DNA from: an uncultured delta proteobacterium
Lineage (GTDB): Bacteria; Desulfobacterota; Desulfobacteria; Desulfobacterales; JAFDCJ01
Length of the DNA stretch: 64,000 nucleotides
Assembly: GCA_963769935.1 (NCBI GenBank)
Contig: CAVYNY010000010.1
Coordinates: 64,001-128,000, forward strand
Direction of reading: 5' to 3'
The notes beneath the pieces are model-generated. The model did no database searches and was not told where the DNA came from. It worked only from the letters and a program-made list of their open reading frames with translations. Positions 1 to 9,266 of this stretch are shown here, in pieces. The position numbers were made by a program, and so were the translations under genes. Every line of letters starts with the position of its first letter. The first letter of the stretch is position 1.

Positions 1-707
1 TCGACCAGGGCATCAAGAAATCCAAGCAAGTACTGACGAATATAAAAATAGCCGCCGCCGGGAAAGATGATGGAACTGATGGCGGCGACAACCTTGCTCT
101 TGAATTTAAGCCGACATTTTTCACATGCGTATTTTCCCTCGACAAGATCGGCGGTGCAGCGGGGGCAAAGATGGATTCGTCCAGCCGATTGAACCTTGGT
201 ACCGGAGAGCGGCAGCTTGGTCTTCAGCAAGGCTCTGATTTTTTTTCTTTCGAACACGGCAATGGCCGCGAATTTCTCAATTTTTTTGCCCGCCCCGGCA
301 AACTGAGCAGTAAGATTTCCCCGCTTCAGCACAATCGACCGGCATCCTGCGTAGGCCACCTGGGCAAGTGAATTTTTATAACCGTAGCTGGCGGTGGTCG
401 GGACATGAATAATGCGATAATTTGTGAAAACAAACAGGGAGCGTTTAAGATAAACAAAAAGAAATCCTGTCAGGTATTGGGCCGCAGATGCCAGCGGCGA
501 ATAACCGGTGGTTATCAGGATAATCTGTTCGCCTCTTTTTAAAAACGGCTTTAAAAAAGAGACCTTAACGATTAACTTCCGCTGCCGCTTTTCAATTCTC
601 TTTTTATAGACGTCTTTATGGTTCGAAAACAGGGTCTCACGATTTACCGGGAGCCCGAATATCTGGGACCCCATGAAGCCGGCCGGTTCAAAAGCCGCTT
701 CTGACAT
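1..707 (-). CDS. Partial membrane protein (runs off the left edge): soluble N-terminal domain, CxxC-x10-CxxC zinc ribbon and TM2-like membrane segment
   Basis: Absent from the ORF track. Manual translation from ATG at 707 (SD AAAGGAG at 714-720) is open to the window edge: MSEAAFEPAGFMGSQ...HLCPRCTADLVEGKYACEKCRLKFKSKVVAAISSIIFPGGGYFYIRQ... Confidence 0.8.
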   Translation of the reverse strand, partial: MSEAAFEPAGFMGSQIFGLPVNRETLFSNHKDVYKKRIEKRQRKLIVKVSFLKPFLKRGEQIILITTGYSPLASAAQYLTGFLFVYLKRSLFVFTNYRIIHVPTTASYGYKNSLAQVAYAGCRSIVLKRGNLTAQFAGAGKKIEKFAAIAVFERKKIRALLKTKLPLSGTKVQSAGRIHLCPRCTADLVEGKYACEKCRLKFKSKVVAAISSIIFPGGGYFYIRQYLLGFLDALV

Positions 708-793
708 CTAAAACTCCTTTCATACGTCGATACATTAACAATTGGGCTCATTTTTCAGGTTATTCCGACGAGACAGTATAACCGCTCGATACC

Positions 794-1294
794 CTAGTCT
801 TGATCTTGCGACATTTCCTGGGCCAGCCGTTCGGGCGTCATGGTCCAAAAGGGCGTGCCATCTTTGGTTAAACGCACTTTAATGACATCAATGTCGGGAT
901 CCTTTTTTATTTTTGCAGCAATAAAAACATCCTTGCCGTTGATTTCCGCCCAAACACCCTTTAATTTGATGCGCGCATTTTTCTGTAGATGAATTTCGCT
1001 GGGGTTCCGATACCAGGTGGGACAGATCTGCACTTCGAACTCGTCGGACCCTTCTCTCACATCCAGGGCGGTTGCCGGTGACATTCCAGGCATGGGGACA
1101 ACTTCTTTTACCCGAACAACCCAGGCTCTGATTTTTTCATATTCCCGGACATCATAGAGTTTGTTATAAGGATCATCTACGCCCCAACCCTGCATGTCGC
1201 GCTTCTCTTCGTCCCCGGCCCAACTTACGCCGCCGGTAGAAATAAGCAAAATCAGTATCAGAAAATATACGGTCCGTCTCAAAGATTTTTGCAT
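794..1294 (-). CDS. Secreted/periplasmic OB-fold-like protein (MamS/MamX-like family often annotated 'DNA-binding protein')
   Basis: Signal peptide ending SWA; motifs GWG..D.YN.LYD, PMPGMSP, V..CP.WY and KDGTPFW; SD GGGAGG. Confidence 0.55.
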   Translation of the reverse strand: MQKSLRRTVYFLILILLISTGGVSWAGDEEKRDMQGWGVDDPYNKLYDVREYEKIRAWVVRVKEVVPMPGMSPATALDVREGSDEFEVQICPTWYRNPSEIHLQKNARIKLKGVWAEINGKDVFIAAKIKKDPDIDVIKVRLTKDGTPFWTMTPERLAQEMSQDQD

Positions 1295-1465
1295 GCAAAC
1301 CTCCCTTTAGGGCTCACTATCTTTTTGTCGATATATTTAGGTTGACCATACTGAATATTATATTAATTGATCTACCTTTTGCAACCAAGAAAAACGGCGC
1401 CGGGAGAAACGGCCTTAAAACGGCATTCATTCCCTTTGCCTTTCTAAAGTCGGCCCCGGCAATAT

Positions 1466-2623
1466 CTAGCGTTGATAGGCCTGCTCTTTATAAAGCAGAT
1501 CTCCCTCTCCATATACCGCTACCGGGTAATTCGCCAGGTCGAAGGGATCACCGTTCCAGCAGGTAAATGAGGCCCATTTTCCCTTTTCAAGGGTGCCGAG
1601 CCGTTTATCCATTTCCAGAACAGCGGCATTTTTGCGGCTAACCAGCTCGACAGCCTGTTGTTTGGACATTCCGGCCCTCACAAACCAGCGTGTTTGCAGA
1701 AATAGCTGACGGGCGAGCGTAACCGGATGGTCCGTCATCAAACCGAATTCAACCCGGGAGGCCATCAAGTGGCGGATGTTGCGCCAATCTTCATGTTTTA
1801 ATTCGACTTTATATGCGAAACAGTCGATGGGGCCGTATACAACGGGTATCTTGCGTTTATGCAATTCCTGGAATATTTCAGGCTGGTGGACATCCATGGC
1901 ATGGTCGACGGTCAATTTGATTTTAAAATCATCCACCAGCCGCAACAGGGCGGCAATGTCATCAATCTTGTGCACATGAGCCCGCAGGCGAACCCTGCCG
2001 GTCAGCAAATCCCTCAACACGGTTTCCTCCGCCGAAAAAGTGATTTCCTCTTTCTTACGGCCCCTGGCTTTGCGGTATTGCAGGTTCTTCTGGCGCAATT
2101 CGGCCAGTTTGCCGCGCAGGACGGCAATTGCACCCATGCGTGTTGTGGGGCGCCGACCCTTCCAGCGGCGGGTTGACATTGGATTAAAACCGAAGGCCGC
2201 TTTCAGGCCGGCTCGGCCGATAAGGGCATGGGTGCCGTCCTTGGCAAAATTTCGAATGACGGCCGACTGCCCCCCGACAATGTTGCCGCTGCCCGGAACC
2301 ACACAGGAATACAGCACGCCGGCTTCCACGGCCTCCCTGAACGCTTTGTCGTCCATTTGGACCGAGTCGAGGGCATCCGGAAGGGCCAGAATAGAATCAA
2401 GATGATCATTGGCTTCGCCTTCTGCACTGGGTTCACCGGATCGTTCCATGCCGATGTGGCTGTGGGGGTCGATAAAAGCGGGAGTCAGCACCTCAAACTC
2501 GCCCAGCAATTGACCTTTGGCAGATTTCGACAGACCGGCGATGGTTGACCCGCTAAATACAAGATATCCATCACGGACAATGGATTCGCCCGTGTAAATC
2601 GTTTTCGCAAAGATGCTGTTCAT
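1466..2623 (-). CDS. Amidohydrolase family protein (imidazolonepropionase-like, COG1228)
   Basis: IDPHSHIG (HxH), PGSGN..GG, TDHP and C-terminal GTLEKGK.A...W.GDP motifs. Confidence 0.85.
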   Translation of the reverse strand: MNSIFAKTIYTGESIVRDGYLVFSGSTIAGLSKSAKGQLLGEFEVLTPAFIDPHSHIGMERSGEPSAEGEANDHLDSILALPDALDSVQMDDKAFREAVEAGVLYSCVVPGSGNIVGGQSAVIRNFAKDGTHALIGRAGLKAAFGFNPMSTRRWKGRRPTTRMGAIAVLRGKLAELRQKNLQYRKARGRKKEEITFSAEETVLRDLLTGRVRLRAHVHKIDDIAALLRLVDDFKIKLTVDHAMDVHQPEIFQELHKRKIPVVYGPIDCFAYKVELKHEDWRNIRHLMASRVEFGLMTDHPVTLARQLFLQTRWFVRAGMSKQQAVELVSRKNAAVLEMDKRLGTLEKGKWASFTCWNGDPFDLANYPVAVYGEGDLLYKEQAYQR

Positions 2624-2640
2624 ATTCGCCTCTCGATAAC

Positions 2641-2671
2641 TGATTGAATATTTTCGATTGAATATTGAATA
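2641..2671. repeat. Degenerate heptamer repeat (TTGAATA family) in an intergenic spacer
   Basis: tgattgaatattttcgattgaatattgaata; reverse complement of the array at 37861-37882. Confidence 0.55.
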
Positions 2672-2694
2672 ATTACCTGTGAAAGTTTACGCGC

Positions 2695-3192
2695 TTATCT
2701 GGTAAAGGTTTTTTTAACCCGCTTTGAAAAAAGAAAATAAGAAATCCAAATTAGGCTCGCAACCAGGGTTCGTATAAAATTAGCAATCGACTCCAAATTG
2801 ACAGGATCGGACTTTATCAGGATGATCCGGGTTAAATAATAGTCAAGACCGACAAAAATCAGATTTGAAGCGATAAAGACAACTGCTAGTTTAGGAACAA
2901 ACTTGCGCCGCGTAAAGAAAAATGAAATAACAGGTATCGAGAAACCAAGAAAGCCGACGTTGCCGACAAGCTCCATTATTAATAATGGACCCCACAAGGG
3001 GTGATAGGAAACAGAGTCGGGCGAGGTCAGGATAAACCAGTTATTTCCTGATAAAGCCGGAATAATATCCGTAAACAGTGATACGGCGGTCTGCACCGGA
3101 AAAAGCAACAAGCCGACGGCACATAGAATCAGCCAGCCGCCGATTTTATTATATTTATTTAGGTCGTTACTTGGAGATTGAACAGCAGCCAT
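2695..3192 (-). CDS. DUF2569 family membrane protein
   Basis: IGGWL N-terminal motif, about 4 TM helices, WI.YF..SKRVK.TF C-terminus. Confidence 0.85.
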   Translation of the reverse strand: MAAVQSPSNDLNKYNKIGGWLILCAVGLLLFPVQTAVSLFTDIIPALSGNNWFILTSPDSVSYHPLWGPLLIMELVGNVGFLGFSIPVISFFFTRRKFVPKLAVVFIASNLIFVGLDYYLTRIILIKSDPVNLESIANFIRTLVASLIWISYFLFSKRVKKTFTR

Positions 3193-3209
3193 AAAACAAA
3201 ATCACCGGA

Positions 3210-3965
3210 TTAAAAGCTCATATACCGCTTTTCCCAGTAAATAAGCGGCGTATATTCAAATAGCGCATTCAAATGATGCATAAAGGCATGCCTTCCTTCT
3301 TCCTGCCATAGTTTGGTAATGGTTTGATCGATCTGTTGATAGATTGCTGCAATATCATCGGACGATTCTGGTGGAAATCTTTGCGGATTTTCGGCGGCGA
3401 CGTCTGCAATTAAATTCAGCCACATTCGACTGGCACCCATGATATAATACGGCCATGTTTTTTGGATCGAGACCGGCCATTGTTTGTCCGAGGTGTCTTC
3501 AATATTGGGCCGGGTGATGCGGGTCGGGTCATCATATTCAGTCCGTTCGATGACACCGTCATTTTCTAATTTTTTTATCAACGGATCGGTTTCCAGCGCG
3601 TTGAAAATTTGCCGGGCCGTTTCAGGGGTGGCATAAAAAATGAAACTGAACATCCTGCCGGCAGCATCCCGGGCTGCCCGGCGATGAAAACGCCATAGGA
3701 AAATATCGCTTTTGTGTTTTTCCAGCAGAGGTGAAATGACCTGATGCGCCAGACAAAGGTCCACGTACCAGATCGGCTCGGTATCCGGGGGCCAGTTCAG
3801 GTGGAAGCGGACAAACCACCAGCCGTTGCCTGCGGGCAATACTTGCGGTTGTATCGGCTTGATTGGCTGCCTCTGAATTTGATCAACCGACGCACACCCT
3901 GCCATGACACCCGTAAAAAAAAGAAACATCGTCAACCATTTTTGAAAGCCATTGATCCGCAACAT
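3210..3965 (-). CDS. Conserved hypothetical lipoprotein
   Basis: Lipobox VMAGC; SD AAGGAG; LWRFHRRA.RD..G..FSFIFY block. Confidence 0.7.
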   Translation of the reverse strand: MLRINGFQKWLTMFLFFTGVMAGCASVDQIQRQPIKPIQPQVLPAGNGWWFVRFHLNWPPDTEPIWYVDLCLAHQVISPLLEKHKSDIFLWRFHRRAARDAAGRMFSFIFYATPETARQIFNALETDPLIKKLENDGVIERTEYDDPTRITRPNIEDTSDKQWPVSIQKTWPYYIMGASRMWLNLIADVAAENPQRFPPESSDDIAAIYQQIDQTITKLWQEEGRHAFMHHLNALFEYTPLIYWEKRYMSF

Positions 3966-4075
3966 GAATTTACTCCTTTGAGCTCCTGCTTAAATTGACC
4001 GCGCAGCGGCAGTGCCAGAGGTGGTTTGAGCAGATAAAACGCTTCGGTCATCAGCGAAAAACCGGCCGAAATGTT

Positions 4076-4406
4076 TTAAATATTTCCTTTCGCAAAGCAT
4101 TCAGCTTTTGGTGGCCGCGCGGCAGCCGCTGCTTTCGCTTCCATCTCATTAAACAGGGAAAACGGCACGGCAAACGACATTAAGTGGTCGTCGAGCTGTT
4201 TGCGGATGTAGGCCCTGGCCGACAGGTCCGTCAGGTCGACAACCGCCCGCGGCTTATCCGCTTTTGCTTCCTGAAAGGGATAGCTACCGATGGTCTGGCA
4301 ACCCGCAGCGTACGGCATAATGACATTTTGATTGTCGCCCCGGCCGTAGTTGGCTAAAATCACCATAGTGTTTGAGGGCAATGGCCACAGCTATTTTACT
4401 TTCCAT
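4076..4406 (-). pseudogene. DUF169 family gene remnant with an internal deletion and frameshift
   Basis: SD plus ATG at 4406 gives MESKIAVAIALKH, which joins out of frame to the C-terminal DUF169 block VILANYGR...AAGCQTIG.YP...PRAVV.LTD.SAR...MSFAVP; the central half is missing. Confidence 0.7.
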
Positions 4407-4792
4407 AATAGCCCCCTTAATTTGAATATGGTATCATTTAAAAATAAACGCCGGTAGTCTTTTTTGCCTTGCAAAGTCGGCGTTTCAAAGACACTGACTT
4501 TCCAAAGCGAAAAATACAGGCGGAGGCTCTAAATACCGACAACTACAGGATGCAAGCGAACGAAATCCGCATGCCTTCCATTGAATAGTTAAAAGAACCC
4601 TGCCTGTCAAAGGCAATCCCAAGCGTCCACGCACCTGACAGCCGAATTTGGGTAGGCGGCTGCCATCTATTATTGAAAACCAATTGATTTGCATATTCAG
4701 TCGTGATCCTGTATGAGTCGACTGCAGGTCCTCGCAAAAAATTTCGATAACGGGTTGCCGCTATCGGCCGCCACGTATCCAAGGAGAAAAAG

Positions 4793-5275
4793 ATGAATAC
4801 CGCAGAAGACATCGTTAAGGATAAGCAAAGCGAGATTGTCGCTATCTCGTGGGATCAGACGGTTCACCAGGCCTGCCTGGAAATGTCCTCAAAAAAAATC
4901 GGTGCGATTCTAGTTAAAAAAGACGGCAAATACGTTGGCATCTGGACTGAACGTGATCTGCTGCAAAAAATGGCCGAGGAAGGATTCGATCCGCGGACCG
5001 CAAAAATCGGTGACCATATGTCCACTCCGCTTAAGACCGCACCCCACAGTACCCGCATACACAAACTGACAGAAATGTTTTTAGGGCTCTTTTTAAGACA
5101 CCTGCCCATCGAAAAAGACGGCGAGTTTATCGGCCTGCTTTCAATCGGCGATGTTCTCAGGGCCAGCTTGATTAATACGGATCACCATTTAAAAGAAATT
5201 AATGCATTTATCACCTGGGACTATTATGAAAACTGGCGGGAAGGAAGGACCAAGCAATCGAAAAAGCAGGATTGA
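4793..5275 (+). CDS. CBS domain pair protein
   Basis: IGAILV..VGIWTERD and RHLPI..IGLLSIGD; SD AAGGAG. Confidence 0.9.
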   Translation: MNTAEDIVKDKQSEIVAISWDQTVHQACLEMSSKKIGAILVKKDGKYVGIWTERDLLQKMAEEGFDPRTAKIGDHMSTPLKTAPHSTRIHKLTEMFLGLFLRHLPIEKDGEFIGLLSIGDVLRASLINTDHHLKEINAFITWDYYENWREGRTKQSKKQD

Positions 5276-5338
5276 TCGGTGTAATCGAAAGCTCCGGCGG
5301 CGGTGAGGCATATAAATGTCCAAGTCAACGGTGAAATA

Positions 5339-6349
5339 ATGACGGATGCCATTTCAAAGCGGTTATTATTAATTTCGTCAAGCGCCCTTGTATTCCTGGG
5401 GCTCTATTTAGCGAGCCTTTACAGCTATCTCTTCTTCCACAGTGTGGCGGAAATATTCAGTATTGTCGTTGCCTTCGGTATTTTTTCGGTGGCCTGGAAT
5501 TCCCGCGGTTTCATGGACAACAATTACTTCCTGGCGCTTGGCGTTGCCTATCTGTTTGTCGGCGGTCTGGACCTTCTGCACACATTGGCCTATAAGGGGA
5601 TGGGCGTGTTTGTCGGCCACGGCGCCAATTTGGCAACCCAATTATGGATTGCAGCGCGTTATCTGCAAAGCATCTCCCTGCTTTGCGCGCCCTGGTTTCT
5701 TCCAAGAAAAATCAACATGGCTCAGCTCCTAACAGGCTATCTGGCGGTATTTATCGTCCTATTGCTGAGCATTTTCTACTGGAATATTTTCCCGGACTGT
5801 TATCATGAGGCAACGGGGCTAACCGCCTTCAAGATCCTAAGTGAGTATTTGATTTGCCTGATGCTCCTGCTGTCGATCCTATCAATATCCCGCAAACGCA
5901 CCGAATTTGATCCCGCTGTTTTTAAATTGATTATTGCCTCAATTGTCAGCACCATCGGCGCGGAGCTGATGTTCACTTTCTATTTGAATGTTTACGGGTT
6001 TTCAAATCTCATCGGGCATTTTTTTAAAATCATTTCGTTTTTCCTTATTTACAGGGCCGTTATCGTGACCGGTCTGAAAAAACCGTACAGCATCCTGTTT
6101 AGAAATCTGAAACAGAGCGAGGAAATACTGCAGATCGAAAAAAACCGGCTCGAAACGGCACTATCCCAGATAAAAACCCTGAGCGGCCTGCTGCCGATAT
6201 GTGCCAACTGCAAAAAAATTCGGGACGATAAGGGATACTGGAATCAGATCGAAACTTACATCCACGATCATTCGGACGCAAAGTTCAGCCATGGTATTTG
6301 TCCGGAGTGCTTCAAAAAGCTGTATCCCGACCTGTGGGACGGCCGGTGA
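5339..6349 (+). CDS. MASE3 membrane sensor domain fused to a C-terminal Cys/His motif (LPICxxCKKIRDD...SHGICPEC)
   Basis: FHSVAEIFS, DLLHTLAYKGM and QLWIAARY MASE3 motifs; short coiled coil; no kinase or cyclase domain. Start could be 5303 (GTG) or 5339 (ATG). Confidence 0.85.
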   Translation: MTDAISKRLLLISSSALVFLGLYLASLYSYLFFHSVAEIFSIVVAFGIFSVAWNSRGFMDNNYFLALGVAYLFVGGLDLLHTLAYKGMGVFVGHGANLATQLWIAARYLQSISLLCAPWFLPRKINMAQLLTGYLAVFIVLLLSIFYWNIFPDCYHEATGLTAFKILSEYLICLMLLLSILSISRKRTEFDPAVFKLIIASIVSTIGAELMFTFYLNVYGFSNLIGHFFKIISFFLIYRAVIVTGLKKPYSILFRNLKQSEEILQIEKNRLETALSQIKTLSGLLPICANCKKIRDDKGYWNQIETYIHDHSDAKFSHGICPECFKKLYPDLWDGR

Positions 6350-6428
6350 GTTTGGTTTCACCGCCCGGCAAATCAATTGACCGTAAAATAGAGGGTTAAC
6401 CCTAATCTCCTTGCATTTTAGGAAAAAT

Positions 6429-7685
6429 ATGGATCACAAAACAGAAATTCTGGTTATCGGTGGGGGCGCCGTCGGCATTTGCTGCGCATACTACCTTAGT
6501 GCGCTCGGCAAATCGGTCGCGGTGGTTGAAAAAAATGACATTTGCGCGGGCAGTTCATACGGCAATGCCGGTCTTATCGTTCCCAGCCACAGCATTCCGC
6601 TGGCGGCACCCGGTGCCATAACCCAGGGGCTGAAATGGATGTTCAAGCCGGAAAGCCCCTTTTATATTAAACCGCGCCTGGATCGGGAGTTGCTCTCCTG
6701 GTTGTGGAAGTTCCGCGGCGCCTCCACCATACAACACGTGCGCCGGTCCATACCGGTTTTGCGCGACCTCAGTTTGGCCAGCCTGAAATTGTTTGAAGCG
6801 CTGGCCGATACCGAAGGCTTGGATTTCTTTTTAAAAAGAAAGGGCATTGTAGAAGTCTTTAATACCGCCAAAGCATTCAGGGCCGGGGTTGAAGATGTCC
6901 ATTTGATGCAGGAACACGGAATGGAGAACAAAATCCTGGATGCCGGCGAATTGACAGAATTTACCAATGGCCTGCGAACCAATGCGCTGGGGGGGATTTA
7001 TTTCCCGCAGGATGCCCATCTTATCCCCGACCGGTTCGTACATCAGTTAGCCCGCCTGATCGAGAAAAAGGGGGTGACCCTGTTTAAAGCGACGGAAGTG
7101 CTGGCCTTCGAAACCAGCGGCCGTCGCGTAAAAGCAATTAAGACCACCCGCGGCAGCCTAGCGGCCGAAGAAGTCGTTTTGACTGCGGGCTGCTGGTCCG
7201 CTGAAATTGCCCGCCGTCTGCAATTCAGAATCCATATGGCGCCTGCCAAAGGGTATAGCATCACTTTCAAAAAACCGTCACAATGTCCTGCCGTACCGAT
7301 CAAGCTGGCCGAAGCCAGAACCGTACTCACGCCGATGGACGACATGCTGCGATTCGCCGGTACCCTTGAACTTGCCGGATTTGATCAATCCATTAACCTG
7401 CGGCGGGTGCAGGCCATTCTCAAAGCTGTCACAGCATATTTTCCGGATATCAACCCCGAGGCCCTCGATCTGCTCGAAATCTGGCGGGGACTGCGCCCAT
7501 GCAGCCCGGACGGACTCCCCTATATCGGTCGGCCGCCGCGCTACGACAATCTTATCCTGGCAACCGGCCACGGCATGCTGGGCATCTCACTGGCCCCCAT
7601 CACCGGCAAGATTGTCTCCCAGCTGACTGTCAATCAAATTCCCGATATCGACATGGCGGCTCTGAGTCTCGAGCGCTTCAATTAA
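6429..7685 (+). CDS. dadA: FAD-dependent D-amino acid dehydrogenase (DadA/DAO family)
   Basis: GGGAVG Rossmann motif, SSYGNAG, KGYS, WRGLRPCSPDG and GHGMLG motifs. Confidence 0.85.
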   Translation: MDHKTEILVIGGGAVGICCAYYLSALGKSVAVVEKNDICAGSSYGNAGLIVPSHSIPLAAPGAITQGLKWMFKPESPFYIKPRLDRELLSWLWKFRGASTIQHVRRSIPVLRDLSLASLKLFEALADTEGLDFFLKRKGIVEVFNTAKAFRAGVEDVHLMQEHGMENKILDAGELTEFTNGLRTNALGGIYFPQDAHLIPDRFVHQLARLIEKKGVTLFKATEVLAFETSGRRVKAIKTTRGSLAAEEVVLTAGCWSAEIARRLQFRIHMAPAKGYSITFKKPSQCPAVPIKLAEARTVLTPMDDMLRFAGTLELAGFDQSINLRRVQAILKAVTAYFPDINPEALDLLEIWRGLRPCSPDGLPYIGRPPRYDNLILATGHGMLGISLAPITGKIVSQLTVNQIPDIDMAALSLERFN

Positions 7686-7797
7686 TCCGCCAATCCGCCG
7701 TGAAATTAGACCGTTCAGGATTGAAAATTGTTCCTTGAAAACAGGAGAACGTAGTTTGATCTGAGGTCCGGAGGATTAATTGCTCTATTCTGCGCAT
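7682..7797 (+). repeat. Copy 1 of a dispersed ~110-nt structured element (TTAATCCGCC...GGxGGATTAA plus conserved tail)
   Basis: The 33-nt tail at 7765-7797 matches 30087-30119 at 29/33 positions; same 5' end. Confidence 0.7.
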
Positions 7798-7847
7798 ACA
7801 GCGGATTATGGGGAAGGGTACCAGCGAATAACTATTTTCCAATAACG

Positions 7848-9266
7848 TTAGTGGAGCATCTGCGCGGCGGCGCGGCTCAGTTCAATCAGGTGGCCCGGGA
7901 AAATGCCCACCACGGCGATCACCAGAACCATTGCCCCGGTAAGCACTTTGACGGGCAGGGACAGCTGAATGCCGGGCAGCACTTCATCGGGTTCCAGCAG
8001 ATAGGCGGCTTTTATGACCAGCAGATAGTAGTAAAGAGAAATCACCACGTTGATCATGGCTATCAGGGTAAGGGTAAAATAGCCCTTTTCCATGGCGGCG
8101 GTAAATAGCAAAAATTTTCCCGTAAATCCAATGGTCGGGGGAATGCCGGCCAGACTGAAAATCGACACCATCAGCGCCAGGGCCAACAGGGGTGCCCGGT
8201 GGTGCAATCCCGCCAGTTGAGAAATTGCAAGATTCCCGCCGTCGTCCGCCACTTTAATCACCACCAGAAAGACGGTAAATTTCATGATCAGCAAAGCGAC
8301 CGCATAAAAAATCGCGGCGGCGAAGCCGGCGGAATTCATACTCAAAATACCGATGAGAACATATCCGGCATGCGCCACGGTAGAGTAGGCCAGGAGTCTT
8401 TTGAAATCCTTCTGAACGATGGCGGCCAGATTGCCCACCGTCATCGAAACAATCGAAAGCGTAACCAGCACATGTACCAGATACATGCTGCCGTTGCCGC
8501 TGGCGGCGACCATGCGGGTTAAAATTGCAACTGCCGCCACTTTCGAGGCGGTTGCAATATAGGCGGACACCTGATTGGCAGCGCCCTGGTAGACATCCGG
8601 CGCCCAGAAGTGAAACGGAAAGACGGCCAGTTTGAAAAAAAATCCGCACAGGGTCAGCAGCAGTCCAATGACCCCGACCGGCGTTTCAAGAATGCCGGGC
8701 AGCACGTTAATCAGGTCCGTCACATACAGTGCCGGGGTGGTGCTGTAAAGTAAAGCGACACCGAACAGCATCACCGCCGAAGCAACGATGCCCGTCAGAA
8801 AATATTTAATACTCGCCTCAAGGCCCATCTTTTCATCGCGTCTTAAAGCCACCAGGATATAAAGTGAATAGCTGGAAAGCTCCAGGGCCACATATATGGT
8901 CAGAATGTGAACGCTGCTGACCAGCAACATCATGGCCAGCGTGCAGACATTCAGCAGCAGATAAAACTCCGGGTGATGCCGCTCGGCAACACCTTTGAGA
9001 TCCGAGCAAATTGATATTATCAAAAACAGTCCGACGGACAGCGCCACCTTAAATACCTGTGAGAAAAGATCCACCCGATATGCCTGAAAAAAGAGACCTC
9101 CCTGTTGACGGGCGGACGCCAGGCAGACCGCCACCCCGAGCAGCGCCAACAACAATGCCGTATTATAGGCCCGCCGGGGATTGCATTGCTTTGCCAGGGA
9201 TAGAAAAAGGAAAATCAGCCCGCCGGCAAAATAATAAAGCTCAGGATAAAAGAGAAACCAGTTCAT
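7848..9266 (-). CDS. nuoN: NADH-quinone oxidoreductase subunit N
   Basis: ALELSS, FKL..FPFHFWAPDVYQGA, KRLLAYS, SLAGIPP..GF.GK; true start MNWF at 9266 overlaps the nuoM stop (TGATG). Confidence 0.95.
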   Translation of the reverse strand: MNWFLFYPELYYFAGGLIFLFLSLAKQCNPRRAYNTALLLALLGVAVCLASARQQGGLFFQAYRVDLFSQVFKVALSVGLFLIISICSDLKGVAERHHPEFYLLLNVCTLAMMLLVSSVHILTIYVALELSSYSLYILVALRRDEKMGLEASIKYFLTGIVASAVMLFGVALLYSTTPALYVTDLINVLPGILETPVGVIGLLLTLCGFFFKLAVFPFHFWAPDVYQGAANQVSAYIATASKVAAVAILTRMVAASGNGSMYLVHVLVTLSIVSMTVGNLAAIVQKDFKRLLAYSTVAHAGYVLIGILSMNSAGFAAAIFYAVALLIMKFTVFLVVIKVADDGGNLAISQLAGLHHRAPLLALALMVSIFSLAGIPPTIGFTGKFLLFTAAMEKGYFTLTLIAMINVVISLYYYLLVIKAAYLLEPDEVLPGIQLSLPVKVLTGAMVLVIAVVGIFPGHLIELSRAAAQMLH

